Shown here: positions 1 to 10,058 of the stretch, piece by piece
Layout: each line of letters opens with the position of its first letter
Numbering within the stretch: position 1 is the stretch's first letter
From: Patescibacteria group bacterium
GTDB taxonomy: Bacteria; Patescibacteriota; Patescibacteriia; UBA1558; UBA10009
Direction: 5' to 3'
Assembly (NCBI GenBank): GCA_041662565.1
Contig: JBAZSE010000003.1
Span: forward strand, 108,636 to 172,635
Length of the DNA: 64,000 nucleotides
The notes under the pieces: generated by a model
Databases searched by the model: none
What the model saw: the letters and a program-made list of their open reading frames with translations, nothing else
What the model was told of the DNA's origin: nothing
Position numbers and translations under genes: made by a program

Positions 1-912
1 TACAAAAACAGGTCCGGAGGAAGTAAGTTTAACCAAGATAGCCAAAACCAAAAAAATCGGGGATAAAATTATCAAACCCGCAACGGATAACAGCAAATCA
101 ACCAATCTTTTTAAAATCCTGCCCCAACCGTCAAGCCGAGTGGGCCTGACTTCAATTAAAGGGATTCCCGAAATCGTGCTTAAATCAAAATTAATCAATT
201 TGGTATCCAATAAAGAAGCAACATATTTGTAATTAAGTTGGTGCTCGGTGCAAAAATTAACCAAATCATTTTTTTGGATATTATCAAGCCCCGGATCTGC
301 CAAAATCAGATCATCCAACTTCTCTTGTTTGGCTAAAACCTCCAATGACATTTTGGTTTCCTGGTCAAAAAAAGGATAGCTGGCCATTATTTTAAAACCG
401 TGGCCGGGATTATCCGTAAACGACTTGTTGATTTCGGCCGCGTTTTTATTAGCTCCGATAATAACCACTTGCCTTAAGCCCAATCCTTTTTTATAAAAAA
501 GTTTTTTAACGTAAAAAACAATCAAGCGTTCCGCAGTCACAATCACTACACTTAACAGCCAGCTAGTGATAATAATCAATCTGGAAGAAAAAAGCTGGAA
601 ATTAAAAAAGAAAGCCACCACAATAATCAGGGTCGCTGCGCTACAGGCAATAAAAATTTTAAAGAAATTGGCGAAAAAACTTTGTCGTTTAATGGAATAA
701 AGACCGGAAACGGCAAAAACTGCCAGCCAAGCCAAAGCCGCTACTGCTAAAATCTTAAAAAAACTTTCGTAGGAAAGTTCAAAAACTACCGGTCTAATTT
801 CGGTTACAAAGGATTCAAATCGCAATAAATAGGCCAACGTTCCAGCCAGCAATAAAGCCAAATAATCCAATGGCACCAGTATGGCCGCAAAAGCCAATTC
901 CAACTTTTTCAT
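1..912 (-). CDS. Sugar transferase (WcaJ/polyprenyl glycosylphosphotransferase family), 5' part; runs off the window start
   Basis: Not in the ORF track. Hand translation from ATG at 912 gives MKKLELAFAAILVPLDYLALLLAG...FAVSGLYS, several TM helices, a Rossmann-like VVIIGA segment and ILKRLVDLIAVIRCG at the start of the transferase domain. Confidence 0.85.
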   Translation of the reverse strand, partial: MKKLELAFAAILVPLDYLALLLAGTLAYLLRFESFVTEIRPVVFELSYESFFKILAVAALAWLAVFAVSGLYSIKRQSFFANFFKIFIACSAATLIIVVAFFFNFQLFSSRLIIITSWLLSVVIVTAERLIVFYVKKLFYKKGLGLRQVVIIGANKNAAEINKSFTDNPGHGFKIMASYPFFDQETKMSLEVLAKQEKLDDLILADPGLDNIQKNDLVNFCTEHQLNYKYVASLLDTKLINFDLSTISGIPLIEVRPTRLDGWGRILKRLVDLLLSVAGLIILSPIFLVLAILVKLTSSGPVFV

Positions 913-923
913 AAACGACGTTA

Positions 924-965
924 GGCGAGCGAAATACCAAGGCAAAGAATTGGTATTTCCGAGCC
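924..965. repeat. REP-like hairpin GGCGAG...CCGAGCC
   Basis: GAAATACCAA/TTGGTATTTC 10-bp stem closed by GGC-GA-G/C-GA-GCC; outer arms resemble the elements at 24102 and 52125. Confidence 0.5.
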
Positions 966-1036
966 GAGGAGTTTGTATTTAATTATATGATTGTATATTA
1001 GCAACTTATCCAACTTTTAACAACCTATTAACATAC

Positions 1037-1063
1037 AAAAAAGGCGGGCTATTAACCCACCTT
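1037..1063 (-). terminator. Probable intrinsic terminator downstream of RNase P RNA
   Basis: Minus strand AAGGTGGGTTAATAGCCCGCCTTTTTT: hairpin followed by a U-tract. Confidence 0.6.
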
Positions 1064-1072
1064 CTCTGATGC

Positions 1073-1470
1073 TTACTTAAGTTAATAAGCCGAATTCTGT
1101 ATCCAGACTTTTACATCTGGACAGCGATCATCTATCTAGAGCCGTAAATTGCTCTACGGCTTCGAGCTCTCAACCCGTCGAGCTTAGCTCGACCTATGCG
1201 AGATTGCACCGGATAGAGTTTGCCTCTTTTTCCTTGTCGCCAAGGAAACGAGCCAAGTCATTACTTAGCTATTTCACCCTTATTCTAAAACCTTGCGGTT
1301 TTAGAAAGGAATATTTTCTGTTGCGCTTGTCCTGATTCGGCGGTTACCCGCCTAATCGGTTGGCGTTACCAATTATCCTCCGAGTTAAACTCGGAAAAAC
1401 GGTGTTCGGACTTTCCTCCCCGATTTTGCAAAGCAAACACCGGGGCGATCACCTAAACTCAAATAAGTAA
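1073..1470 (-). ncRNA. rnpB: RNase P RNA
   Basis: Minus strand has 5' GAGTTTAGGTGATCGC...GGGGAGGAAAGTCCGAACACC and 3' ACAGAATTCGGCTTAT (universal P4 motifs); the ends pair as P1. Ends approximate. Confidence 0.95.
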
Positions 1471-1499
1471 AATGATAATAACAGATATTAAACAAATTG

Positions 1500-2606
1500 T
1501 CAACTATTTAAAATTGAAAGGGTTTCTGTGGCGCATTTTTCCCAAGAAAAATCTTGAACCCGACGCATACCTTTGGCAATTAAATCATCGCGCCAGACCT
1601 GATCTTCGTTGATTTTAATCATGCTTTTGGCAAAGGCCTCGACATCATGGGTATTATGCATCACGCCCGCATTACCGATAATTTCGGGTAATGAACCGGC
1701 ATTGCTGGCAATTACCGGTACTCCGCAAGCCATAGCTTCCAAGGCCGGCAAGCCAAATCCTTCATAAATTGAGGGAAACAAAAATGCCCTAGCACCAGAC
1801 ATTAAAACCGGCAACTGCTCTAAATCCAGCCAACCGATTTTTTTAATTTCATCACGATAAGGTGAAGCTTGAATTTCGGCATCAATATCCTGTTGTCCGG
1901 GCTCGGGAGAGCCGGCTAAAACCAAGTTAAAAGGCCGTTTTTGCTTTTCTCTAAAACAATTATAAATCCTAATCAAACCGACGATATTTTTCCTTAATGC
2001 CAAGCGACCGATAAAAACAAAATAAGGATAATGTATTTTTAACGTTTGCAGTAATTCGGCCACTGCTTCTTTAGGCGCCGGGCGCCAACGCTGATTGTTA
2101 ATGCCCAAGTGCACCACTTTAATCAAATCCGGCTTAAGACCGTAGTATTCCACTAATTCATTTTTAGTGAATTGAGAAACGGCAATAATTGTATCGGCCA
2201 TTTTAATCATGCGCCCGGCGCCTTGCTTAAGAGATTGCAGATCCCAGGCAGTATAAGTTTCGGGATATTTTTCATAACCGATATCGTGCCAGGTAATAAT
2301 ATTTTTATGTCCGCCGATAAAAGGAAAAGTATGCGATGGCACGAATAAAACATCCGGTTTGTGAGTAACCATTTCCCAAGTTAGGCGGCCTAGAGTCCAC
2401 AATTTTTTAAACGGCCACTCCAAAACTTTTTCCTTAAAATTAGACGATCGTGGAATTAATGCACCTGTTAATTTTTGCGGGGTATATAAAAGATATTGGT
2501 TTTTTTTATCCAATTTGAAAAACTGATCCAGCAAATGGTAAGCGTACCATTCTACTCCGCTTTTATGAGTTAAGTTTGCTCTGGAAACGTCGATGCCGAT
2601 AAGCAT
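1500..2606 (-). CDS. Glycosyltransferase family 4 (GT-B)
   Basis: FPSIYEGFGLPALEAMACGVPVI motif, RKNI. Confidence 0.93.
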   Translation of the reverse strand: MLIGIDVSRANLTHKSGVEWYAYHLLDQFFKLDKKNQYLLYTPQKLTGALIPRSSNFKEKVLEWPFKKLWTLGRLTWEMVTHKPDVLFVPSHTFPFIGGHKNIITWHDIGYEKYPETYTAWDLQSLKQGAGRMIKMADTIIAVSQFTKNELVEYYGLKPDLIKVVHLGINNQRWRPAPKEAVAELLQTLKIHYPYFVFIGRLALRKNIVGLIRIYNCFREKQKRPFNLVLAGSPEPGQQDIDAEIQASPYRDEIKKIGWLDLEQLPVLMSGARAFLFPSIYEGFGLPALEAMACGVPVIASNAGSLPEIIGNAGVMHNTHDVEAFAKSMIKINEDQVWRDDLIAKGMRRVQDFSWEKCATETLSILNS

Positions 2607-2613
2607 AAATATG

Positions 2614-2682
2614 CAAATGACAATTCACAAGTGACAATCAAAAAACATGGGATCTTTTTTGTGAATTGTTTTTGTTGATTGT
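2614..2682. repeat. Degenerate 7-mer tandem repeats arranged as an inverted pair
   Basis: aaatgac-aattcac-aagtgac-aatca ... ttgtgaa-ttgtttt-tgttga-ttgt. Confidence 0.5.
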
Positions 2683-3695
2683 TACTTAGTAAATAAAATA
2701 CTGCGCTTATATGACTCTAAGTTATCCAAAGCAATCCCGGTACCCTTGGCCACGCAGAGCAAAGCATCATCAGCCACGTAGGCGGGAACGCCTGTGGCTT
2801 GCGAAAGCAAGTTGGCCATATTTCTTAAAAGAGAAGAGCCACCTGTTAAAACCATGCCTTTATCCATTACATCGGCCGAAAGTTCGGGCGGGGTTTTAAA
2901 AAGCACGGATTTAACGGCTGCAATAATACCTTGAAGTTCGTTTTGCAGGGCCTCGGTTACATCGTCGGAATTAACTTCAATCGTCCTGGGCAAACCGGAA
3001 ATCATATCCCGGCCCCTGATATTCATTTTTAATTTTTCTTCATCATCCAAATACATCGCGGAACCGATCTGGATTTTTATCTGTTCGGCCGTGCTTTCGC
3101 CAATAGCTAAACCGTATTTTTTTCGGATAAATTCACCAATCGCCGCATCAAACTTGGTGCCGCCGATTCTTATGGAAGTATTAGCCACAATGCCGCCTAA
3201 AGAAATAACGGCAATTTCGGAAGTACCGCCACCCATATCCACAATCATATGCCCGGAAGCCGAACCAATAGGGATATTAGCGCCAATGGCTGCAGCAATC
3301 GGTTCTTTAATGATATAGGCCGCTTTGGCTCCAGCCGCTACCGTAGCATCAATAACCGCTCTTTTTTCGGTGGAAGTTATGCCAGCCGGAACAGCAATCA
3401 TTACTTCGGGCCTAAATAGTTTAACTCCCCCAATGGCCTTGTTAATAAAATATCTTAACATGCTTTCGGTGGTTTTATAATCGGCAATCACGCCATCCCT
3501 TAACGGCCTTAAAGCAATTATAGTATCTGGGGTTCGGCCCAGCATTTCTTTAGCTTCTTCACCCACGGCTAAAACTTTTTTATCAATAACCGAAATAGCC
3601 ACAACCGAGGGTTCATTAATAATAATGCCCCTTTTGGGTATATGGACCAGGGTATAAGTAGTACCTAAATCAATGCCTATTTTCTTGGTAAACAT
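2682..3695 (-). CDS. mreB: Rod shape-determining protein MreB/Mbl (paralog 2)
   Basis: IGIDLGT, EPSVVA, IVDMGGGT, LTGGSSLL, LCVAKGTG. Confidence 0.95.
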   Translation of the reverse strand: MFTKKIGIDLGTTYTLVHIPKRGIIINEPSVVAISVIDKKVLAVGEEAKEMLGRTPDTIIALRPLRDGVIADYKTTESMLRYFINKAIGGVKLFRPEVMIAVPAGITSTEKRAVIDATVAAGAKAAYIIKEPIAAAIGANIPIGSASGHMIVDMGGGTSEIAVISLGGIVANTSIRIGGTKFDAAIGEFIRKKYGLAIGESTAEQIKIQIGSAMYLDDEEKLKMNIRGRDMISGLPRTIEVNSDDVTEALQNELQGIIAAVKSVLFKTPPELSADVMDKGMVLTGGSSLLRNMANLLSQATGVPAYVADDALLCVAKGTGIALDNLESYKRSILFTK

Positions 3696-3838
3696 AAGGT
3701 ATTAAGCCAATTTATCCTAACATAAAATTTCTGACCCCACAATACTAAAATTCCTTAAAAATAAGGGGTTTTACAGGCCATTAAACAAAAAAAACCGTCT
3801 TTTAGCGCTAAAAAGAGGGCCTCGAATCAAGTCAATTG

Positions 3839-4297
3839 TTAATTTATGGACTTAATAAGATAGGTGGCCAGGCCTCGGGGAGTTTCTACTGGAACGCGTT
3901 CTCCGGCTTTTTTGCCCAAGACCGCTTCGCCAATAGGAGAATCGCAGGATAATAATCCCAAATCAGGATCGCCTTCATGCGAACCTACGATGCTAAATTT
4001 AAAATCCTTGCCATTAATCTCTAAAATAATTTCGGAACCGACTTGAACTTTGCTATTGCCTTCGTTTTGGGCAACTACGGCATTTTTTAAAATATTTTCT
4101 ATTTCAATAATCCGACCCTCGGCAAAGGCCTGCTCTTCCCGGGCATCATGGTATTCGGCATTTTCTCTTAAATCACCGTGCTCTTTGGCCAGTTCGATTC
4201 TTTCCACGATCTCCTTGCGTTTAACTGTTTTTAATTCAGCCAACTCTTGCTCTAATTTTTTTTTGCCCTCTGGGGTTAAAATTGAATAATCACTCAT
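3839..4297 (-). CDS. greA: Transcription elongation factor GreA
   Basis: HGDLRENAEYHDAREEQ, SPIGEAVLGKK. Confidence 0.97.
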   Translation of the reverse strand: MSDYSILTPEGKKKLEQELAELKTVKRKEIVERIELAKEHGDLRENAEYHDAREEQAFAEGRIIEIENILKNAVVAQNEGNSKVQVGSEIILEINGKDFKFSIVGSHEGDPDLGLLSCDSPIGEAVLGKKAGERVPVETPRGLATYLIKSIN

Positions 4298-4303
4298 GGG
4301 GAT

Positions 4304-4332
4304 ATGATAAATAATATTAAGTATTCTGTCAA
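4304..4332 (-). promoter_or_regulatory. Sigma70 promoter of greA (likely leaderless mRNA)
   Basis: TTGACA-17nt-TATCAT, then 6 nt to the ATG. Confidence 0.7.
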
Positions 4333-4356
4333 ACCGTAAAAAGTTTGCCTCATGGG

Positions 4357-6270
4357 CTATTTTCGCCTATTGGTAATATACCAGTTTAAGACATCATAGG
4401 CAATAGGCACGGCAATATCGGTGCCATCGCCACCATGCTCGATTAAAACAGTTAACACCAGTTCGGGATTATTGGCAGGCAAATATGCGGTAAACCAAGA
4501 GTGAGGATTGCCGTTTGAGACCTCGGCAGTACCGGTTTTTCCCGCCACAGGCACGCTTAAAGTTGCCAAACGTCTTCCGCTGCCTCTTTCCACTGTGGCC
4601 CGCAAACCTTCATTAACTATGGTAAAAGAGGTTTGATCGGCCTTAATCTGGGTGATAATTTTTGGCTCAATTACGGTTTGGGCGCCTGTTTCAGGATTAA
4701 TGATTTTTTCTACCAAGGAGGGCTGATATAAAGTTCCGCCATTGGCAATGGCGCTGGTGTATAAAGAAACCTGCAAAGGTGTGGCCAACAAATCCCCCTG
4801 GCCGATAGCTAAATGCAAAGTATCGCCTGGGTACCAGGCCTCTTCTTTTGTTTTTAATTTCCATTCCTTGCTAGGTAAAAAGCCGGGCCGCTCGCCGGCT
4901 ATATCAATGCCGGTAATTTTACCTAAGCCAAAAGAAGAAAAATATGAAAGTATTTTATCCAAACCCAAACCGCGGTGCCCGTCAAAATTTTCTAATGCCA
5001 AATAATAAAAAAAGGTGTTAACTGATTCGGCTAAGGCCTTAATAACATTGGTTTGACCGTGCCCGCCCGCTTTCCAATCCGGAAAAAACCATTTATCATA
5101 CCAAACCCCGCCCGTACTGCTAACTTGGGTATTTTTATCAATCACCCTTTCAGCCAAGCCGGCTAAACTCATTATCAGCTTAATGGTGGAACCGGTAGGA
5201 TATTCGCCGGTAATAACTCTGTTAAATAAAGGATTAAGCGGATTATTAAGCAATTGCTGATAACTTTCTTGGCTTATGCCTCGGCTAAATTGATTGCTAT
5301 CATAAGTTGGCCACGAAACAAATGCCCGAATTTTACCCGATCTTGGATCAAGTGCAACTACTGCCCCGGATTTAACCGGAGCCAAACGATTTAAAGCTAA
5401 AGTAATGCTTTGCTGTAAACCCAAATCCAGCCCTAAAATCAAATTACTTCCGTTTTGGGGCGCTTCTTTGGCAATAACTTTTTTTTCCCTACCAAAAGCA
5501 TCAACCTCAATTTGCCGTTTGCCAAATACTCCACGCAAAAATTCCTGATAACTTTCTTCCAAACCCAATCTACCAATTTTTTCGGTTAGTTGGTAACCCA
5601 AGGCCAGATATTTGTCTTTTTCTTCTTTAGTAATTCTACTGGTAAAACCCAATAAGTGGGCCAAAGAACTGTTTTCGAGATATTTTCTTTGAGGGTCTAT
5701 GATGATTTTTAATGAATTAATGCCATTTAACTGCAACATCAAACTAATGGCCTCATCGTATAATAAATTTTCCTTAACCAACACGGGCACATAACCGCCT
5801 GTTTTAAGCAATTTGGTTATTTCGATTTCAGCCAAACCGATATTTTGAAAAATTTTTTCTATTTTTTCTTTTTCAGTCGAACTTATTTGGCTGACTGCCG
5901 GCTGGAAAAACAATGAAAAAGTGCCTACATTTTCCACCAACGGAACCCCGAAGCGATCAAAAATAATGCCTCTGGAAGGCGGGATTAATTCCAAACGCAA
6001 ACGGTTGCCTTCGGCAATCGCCCTAAATTCCCCTCCTTTGATAAATTGTAAATAAAACAAGCGCCCGAACAAGCTTAAAAAAAGAAAACAAAAAATTATA
6101 AAAAAAAGATTTAACTTGCTTTGGGTTACAATCCTGCCAAGCCACAAAGAACTTTCGCCGACCAAAAAACTTTCGCTAACTTCTTTGGCGTTGCTAAAAT
6201 TTTCCATGCGGCCGATCTTTTTATCGCTTGCCCGGCCAGGAATAACAAATGGATCATGAGATTTCCACAT
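4357..6270 (-). CDS. mrdA: Penicillin-binding protein 2
   Basis: N-terminal TM, PSRGIIFDR, GSTIK (SxxK), SVN (SxN), KTGT; lies in the mre operon. Confidence 0.95.
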   Translation of the reverse strand: MWKSHDPFVIPGRASDKKIGRMENFSNAKEVSESFLVGESSLWLGRIVTQSKLNLFFIIFCFLFLSLFGRLFYLQFIKGGEFRAIAEGNRLRLELIPPSRGIIFDRFGVPLVENVGTFSLFFQPAVSQISSTEKEKIEKIFQNIGLAEIEITKLLKTGGYVPVLVKENLLYDEAISLMLQLNGINSLKIIIDPQRKYLENSSLAHLLGFTSRITKEEKDKYLALGYQLTEKIGRLGLEESYQEFLRGVFGKRQIEVDAFGREKKVIAKEAPQNGSNLILGLDLGLQQSITLALNRLAPVKSGAVVALDPRSGKIRAFVSWPTYDSNQFSRGISQESYQQLLNNPLNPLFNRVITGEYPTGSTIKLIMSLAGLAERVIDKNTQVSSTGGVWYDKWFFPDWKAGGHGQTNVIKALAESVNTFFYYLALENFDGHRGLGLDKILSYFSSFGLGKITGIDIAGERPGFLPSKEWKLKTKEEAWYPGDTLHLAIGQGDLLATPLQVSLYTSAIANGGTLYQPSLVEKIINPETGAQTVIEPKIITQIKADQTSFTIVNEGLRATVERGSGRRLATLSVPVAGKTGTAEVSNGNPHSWFTAYLPANNPELVLTVLIEHGGDGTDIAVPIAYDVLNWYITNRRK

Positions 6271-6757
6271 ACTTACTTCTGATGATTTTGTTAAACGGCG
6301 GTGTTAACGCAAAAATAAACAAAGCATTAAGGCCTAAATATACCAAAATAGAAAAATCAGCGGGCATAAACAAACTTAAATAATAAGTTTTATCGGTCAA
6401 CTCAAAACTTAAGCGGGTAATTAAAAATAAACCCAGCAAATTAATAAACAAGCTTCCTAAAATGGTTAAAAATTTGGCAAAATAGCTGTTTAAAGAAACC
6501 AAAGAAAAAACCACTTTAACTGTCAAAAAAACCAATAAAAAACCAAATAAAAAAAATCCCGGTGTTCCCCAAAAAATATCCGCCATTACTCCTCCGGCAA
6601 CAGCTGCCAGCAATCTGCCCGGCAACTGATAAAGGTTAAGAAAAATAACAAACGAACAGAGTAAATCCAAAGGCAGGCGCAAACCGATAAAAAATTGCTG
6701 TAGCAAAAAAAACAGCCAAGTTAAAAAAACAATCAATAGAATTTTTGTCCACTTCAT
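6254..6757 (-). CDS. mreD: MreD-like membrane protein
   Basis: 167-aa polytopic protein with GGVMAD motif, between mreC and mrdA. Confidence 0.65.
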   Translation of the reverse strand: MKWTKILLIVFLTWLFFLLQQFFIGLRLPLDLLCSFVIFLNLYQLPGRLLAAVAGGVMADIFWGTPGFFLFGFLLVFLTVKVVFSLVSLNSYFAKFLTILGSLFINLLGLFLITRLSFELTDKTYYLSLFMPADFSILVYLGLNALFIFALTPPFNKIIRSKYVEIS

Positions 6758-6759
6758 GT

Positions 6760-7548
6760 TTATTTTTGCAGAACCTTAATCACTGTTAAATTGCGCAAGT
6801 TTTGGTAGCTAAAAGGAGGTTCGATTCTGGCTTGCTTAAAAATCTGCCCGACTTTTTGGTCGGTTTTGGAAACATTGCCTACCAAAAGGCCTCGCGGCAC
6901 CATTTCTTCCAAACCGGAGGTAATAACTATTTCCCCATCCGTAACAACTTGATCCTGAGAAATTAAATCAATCACCAGGCTGTTGCCGGCCTGTCCGGTT
7001 AATAAGCCATTGGTGTTATTGGATTCTCCAAAACTAATAGCTAATTGGCTCGCTGTATCGGTTAATAATCTGCCATAAGAGCGATTTTCTTCCACTTGGG
7101 CTATCTTGCCTATAACTATCCCCTGGTTGACAGTCAGTGGCATGCCTATTTGCAAACCCACATTAGCCCCGGCATTTAAAATGACCATATTGTCGTTTAA
7201 CGGCAAACGGCCGATGATGCCGACAATCTGGTAATCAAATTTTGATAGTTGTAAAAAATTCAGTTCTTTCCTTAAAGCGTCATTTTCCGCGGCCAAGCCG
7301 GCTAATTTGATATAATCCACGCTTAAGCGGGAAAGTTCTTCTTTTAATCTTAAATTTTCTTTGGCTTGAAATTGATAATTTTTTAAATTGCCCAAATATT
7401 CGCCTTGCTGATAAAATTTCTCAGCCACCGGTGAAAATAATCTTTGCAGCCAAATTTTGGGATACTTTAACCAACCAAAATAATTAAAAAAAATCAGGAG
7501 TAAAATAACTCCCCCGAATAACCAAGCATGTGGTCGGCTCTTTTTCAT
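6760..7548 (-). CDS. mreC: Rod shape-determining protein MreC
   Basis: TM, coiled coil (ENDALRKEL), GEIVITSGL...PRGLLVG. Confidence 0.93.
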   Translation of the reverse strand: MKKSRPHAWLFGGVILLLIFFNYFGWLKYPKIWLQRLFSPVAEKFYQQGEYLGNLKNYQFQAKENLRLKEELSRLSVDYIKLAGLAAENDALRKELNFLQLSKFDYQIVGIIGRLPLNDNMVILNAGANVGLQIGMPLTVNQGIVIGKIAQVEENRSYGRLLTDTASQLAISFGESNNTNGLLTGQAGNSLVIDLISQDQVVTDGEIVITSGLEEMVPRGLLVGNVSKTDQKVGQIFKQARIEPPFSYQNLRNLTVIKVLQK

Positions 7549-7572
7549 ATTAAATATCTAAATTTGAAAAAA

Positions 7573-8616
7573 TCAATCCGTAGCCGAAGGCAATAAAACT
7601 TCCTGCAGATTATCCATATCTTCCAAAATAATGCCCGTGCCTCTTACCACCGCGGTTAAAGGATCATCAACAATATGCACCGGCACTCGGGTTTCTTGAG
7701 CAATTAAGGCATCCAAACCTTTTAAATTAGCGCCACCGCCCGAAAGCAACATTCCCCTGGTATAAATATCAGCTACCAATTCCGGCGGGGTTTTTTCCAA
7801 AGTATCCCTAACTGCTTCTACAATCTGCCTTACCGATCTGATAATCGCCTCTCTGATCTGCAAACTGTTAACCGCCACTTCTTTAGGCAAACCGGAAATC
7901 AAATCACGACCCCGCATGACTGTTTCTTCTTTTTCGTTAGTAAAGCCGGAAACCGAACCGATCTTTATTTTAATTTCTTCAGCAGTTTTTTGCCCTAACA
8001 AAAGATTAAAATTCTCGCGGGCATACTGAATAATATTATCATCAAGCTCCTGGCCGGCAATGGTTAATGAATTAAAGGTCACCACACCGCCCAAAGAAAT
8101 AACCGCCACCTCGGTAGTGCCGCCACCCAGATCCACCATCATAAAACCACTGGGCTCTTGGATAGGAACTCGAGAGCCAATGGCAGCTGCTAAGGGCTGT
8201 TCCACTAAATAAACCTCCTTGGCTCCAGCAGATCTAGTTGCATCTTCCACGGCCTTTCTTTCCACTTCGGTAACGTTTAACGGTATGCCAATCACCACTC
8301 GCGGTCTGGGCGATAAGCTAAAATTTTCTTGATGGATTTTTTTTAAAAAATGACTGATCATTTTTTCGGTTATTTCAAAATCCGAAATAACGCCATTGGT
8401 TAAGGGCTTGGAAATTAAAATATGACCGGGAGTTTTACCCACCATGCGCTTGGCATCTTCGCCAATGGATATAATTTGGTTATTGCGGGTATTAATGGCT
8501 ACCACCGAGGGTTCATTAATAACAATACCCTTATCTTTAACGTAAACCAAAGTATTGGTGGTTCCTAAATCAATACCGATATCCTGCGAAAATTTTCCAA
8601 AAAATTTATTAAACAT
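7573..8616 (-). CDS. mreB: Rod shape-determining protein MreB
   Basis: [41 protein letters not shown]. Confidence 0.97.
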   Translation of the reverse strand: MFNKFFGKFSQDIGIDLGTTNTLVYVKDKGIVINEPSVVAINTRNNQIISIGEDAKRMVGKTPGHILISKPLTNGVISDFEITEKMISHFLKKIHQENFSLSPRPRVVIGIPLNVTEVERKAVEDATRSAGAKEVYLVEQPLAAAIGSRVPIQEPSGFMMVDLGGGTTEVAVISLGGVVTFNSLTIAGQELDDNIIQYARENFNLLLGQKTAEEIKIKIGSVSGFTNEKEETVMRGRDLISGLPKEVAVNSLQIREAIIRSVRQIVEAVRDTLEKTPPELVADIYTRGMLLSGGGANLKGLDALIAQETRVPVHIVDDPLTAVVRGTGIILEDMDNLQEVLLPSATD

Positions 8617-8628
8617 AAAAAATGATTA

Positions 8629-9870
8629 CTAAGAATGCGGATAAGTTTGAGTTAATAAATTTTCCACTTCATTAATTTTTACTAATCCTTTTTTACTGCC
8701 ATTGCGCAGGCAATATTCCACGCTGCCTTGGGTGTTTTTACCGATAATCAACTGTAAGCTTATACCCATTAAATCAGCGTCTTTAAGCTTGCTACCTGCG
8801 GATTCCTGGCGATCGTCATAAAGAATTTCCCAACCCGTTCTTGTTAAATCACCATACAATTCGTTGGCTACATCTTTTTGGCTTTGATCCAAAAGAACTA
8901 AATGAGCATGAAACGGAGTTAAATTTATGGGCCAGCATAAGCCCTTATCGTCATGATGTATTTCCGCCACCGTGCCCATAATCCTGGATGGCCCAATGCC
9001 ATAACAGCCCATTAAAACCGGTTGTTGTTTACCTTGCTCATTAATATACTTATACTCAAAGGGTTCGGTAAATTTAGTCATTAATTTAAAGATATTGCCC
9101 ACCTCAATGGCCTTAACCAACACTACTCCTTGAGAACACTTAGGACAAGCTTGATCGGATTTAAGCGAACAAATTTCGGTGTTTTGCGCAAAATCGCAAT
9201 GATTACAAACAACAATATTATCCTCACCCGACTCTGTTAATACCTGAAATTCATGGGAGTATTTGGAAAAAGTACCGCCGCTCGCTTCCACCAATCTGCT
9301 GTCCAGGCCGCACCTGTTAAAAACACTAAAGTAGGCCTGAATCGCTTTTTGATAAAATTCTTCCAAATCCGCTTCGGTAGCGTGAAAGCTGTACAAATCT
9401 TTCATGCTAAATTCCCTACCCCTAAGCAAACCGGATTTAGCGCGCGGTTCATTGCGGAACTTATCCTGAATTTGATAAACGGATACGGGTAAATCTTTGT
9501 ACGAAGCGGCAAATTTTTTAACCAGAGGCGTAACCACTTCTTCGTGAGTTGAACCTAAGGCAAATTCTTTTTCGCCAGCACCAACTAATTTAAAAAGGAC
9601 ATCAATTTCATCCCATCTTCCGGTGGTTTGCCAATTTTCCTTGGGCGTTAAAGCCGGCATTAAAATTTCTTGGGCGCCAAGAAAATTCATTTCTTGCCTA
9701 ATGATATTTTTTATTTTATTTAAAACTCTAAGACCTAAGGGTAAATAAGAATAAACCCCGGCCATTAATTTATCAACATAACCTGCTCTGGTAAGCAAAA
9801 TGGCATTTTGGGAAACTTCGTCTTTGGGCGCTTCCCGCAGAGTTTTGGCAACAAGCTGTGATTGCAACAT
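8629..9870 (-). CDS. proS: Proline--tRNA ligase (short form without INS editing domain, with CxxC..CxxC)
   Basis: THEEVVT, KFRNEPRAKSGLLRGREFSMKDLYSF, MGCYGIG. Confidence 0.95.
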   Translation of the reverse strand: MLQSQLVAKTLREAPKDEVSQNAILLTRAGYVDKLMAGVYSYLPLGLRVLNKIKNIIRQEMNFLGAQEILMPALTPKENWQTTGRWDEIDVLFKLVGAGEKEFALGSTHEEVVTPLVKKFAASYKDLPVSVYQIQDKFRNEPRAKSGLLRGREFSMKDLYSFHATEADLEEFYQKAIQAYFSVFNRCGLDSRLVEASGGTFSKYSHEFQVLTESGEDNIVVCNHCDFAQNTEICSLKSDQACPKCSQGVVLVKAIEVGNIFKLMTKFTEPFEYKYINEQGKQQPVLMGCYGIGPSRIMGTVAEIHHDDKGLCWPINLTPFHAHLVLLDQSQKDVANELYGDLTRTGWEILYDDRQESAGSKLKDADLMGISLQLIIGKNTQGSVEYCLRNGSKKGLVKINEVENLLTQTYPHS

Positions 9871-9888
9871 AATTTTATTTGGTTACTT

Positions 9889-10044
9889 AATTCCGTCAAG
9901 GTTAAATTTTTGAAAGCCGAGGACCGTTTAAGCCTTACCTAACATGACCTGGAAAAATTCAGAACGGCGGGCATAACATAAAGGAAAAAATCTCAAGGGT
10001 CTGGCGCGTTCCGCAGGCCGAAAAAATTTGACCTTGACGGAATT
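9889..10044. repeat. 156-bp element with 23-bp terminal inverted repeats (MITE-like or structured RNA)
   Basis: AATTCCGTCAAGGTTAAATTTTT ... AAAAATTTGACCTTGACGGAATT, 1 mismatch. Confidence 0.7.
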
Positions 10045-10058
10045 TTGACAAAAAATTC

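Noticed and set aside
8-27. CAGGTCCGGAGGAAG resembling the SRP RNA domain IV motif
   Set aside because: Antisense within a clear sugar-transferase CDS and no supporting hairpin
9871-10058. T-box riboswitch upstream of proS
   Set aside because: No UGGNACC T-box or antiterminator/terminator pair; kept only as an unexplained inverted-repeat element
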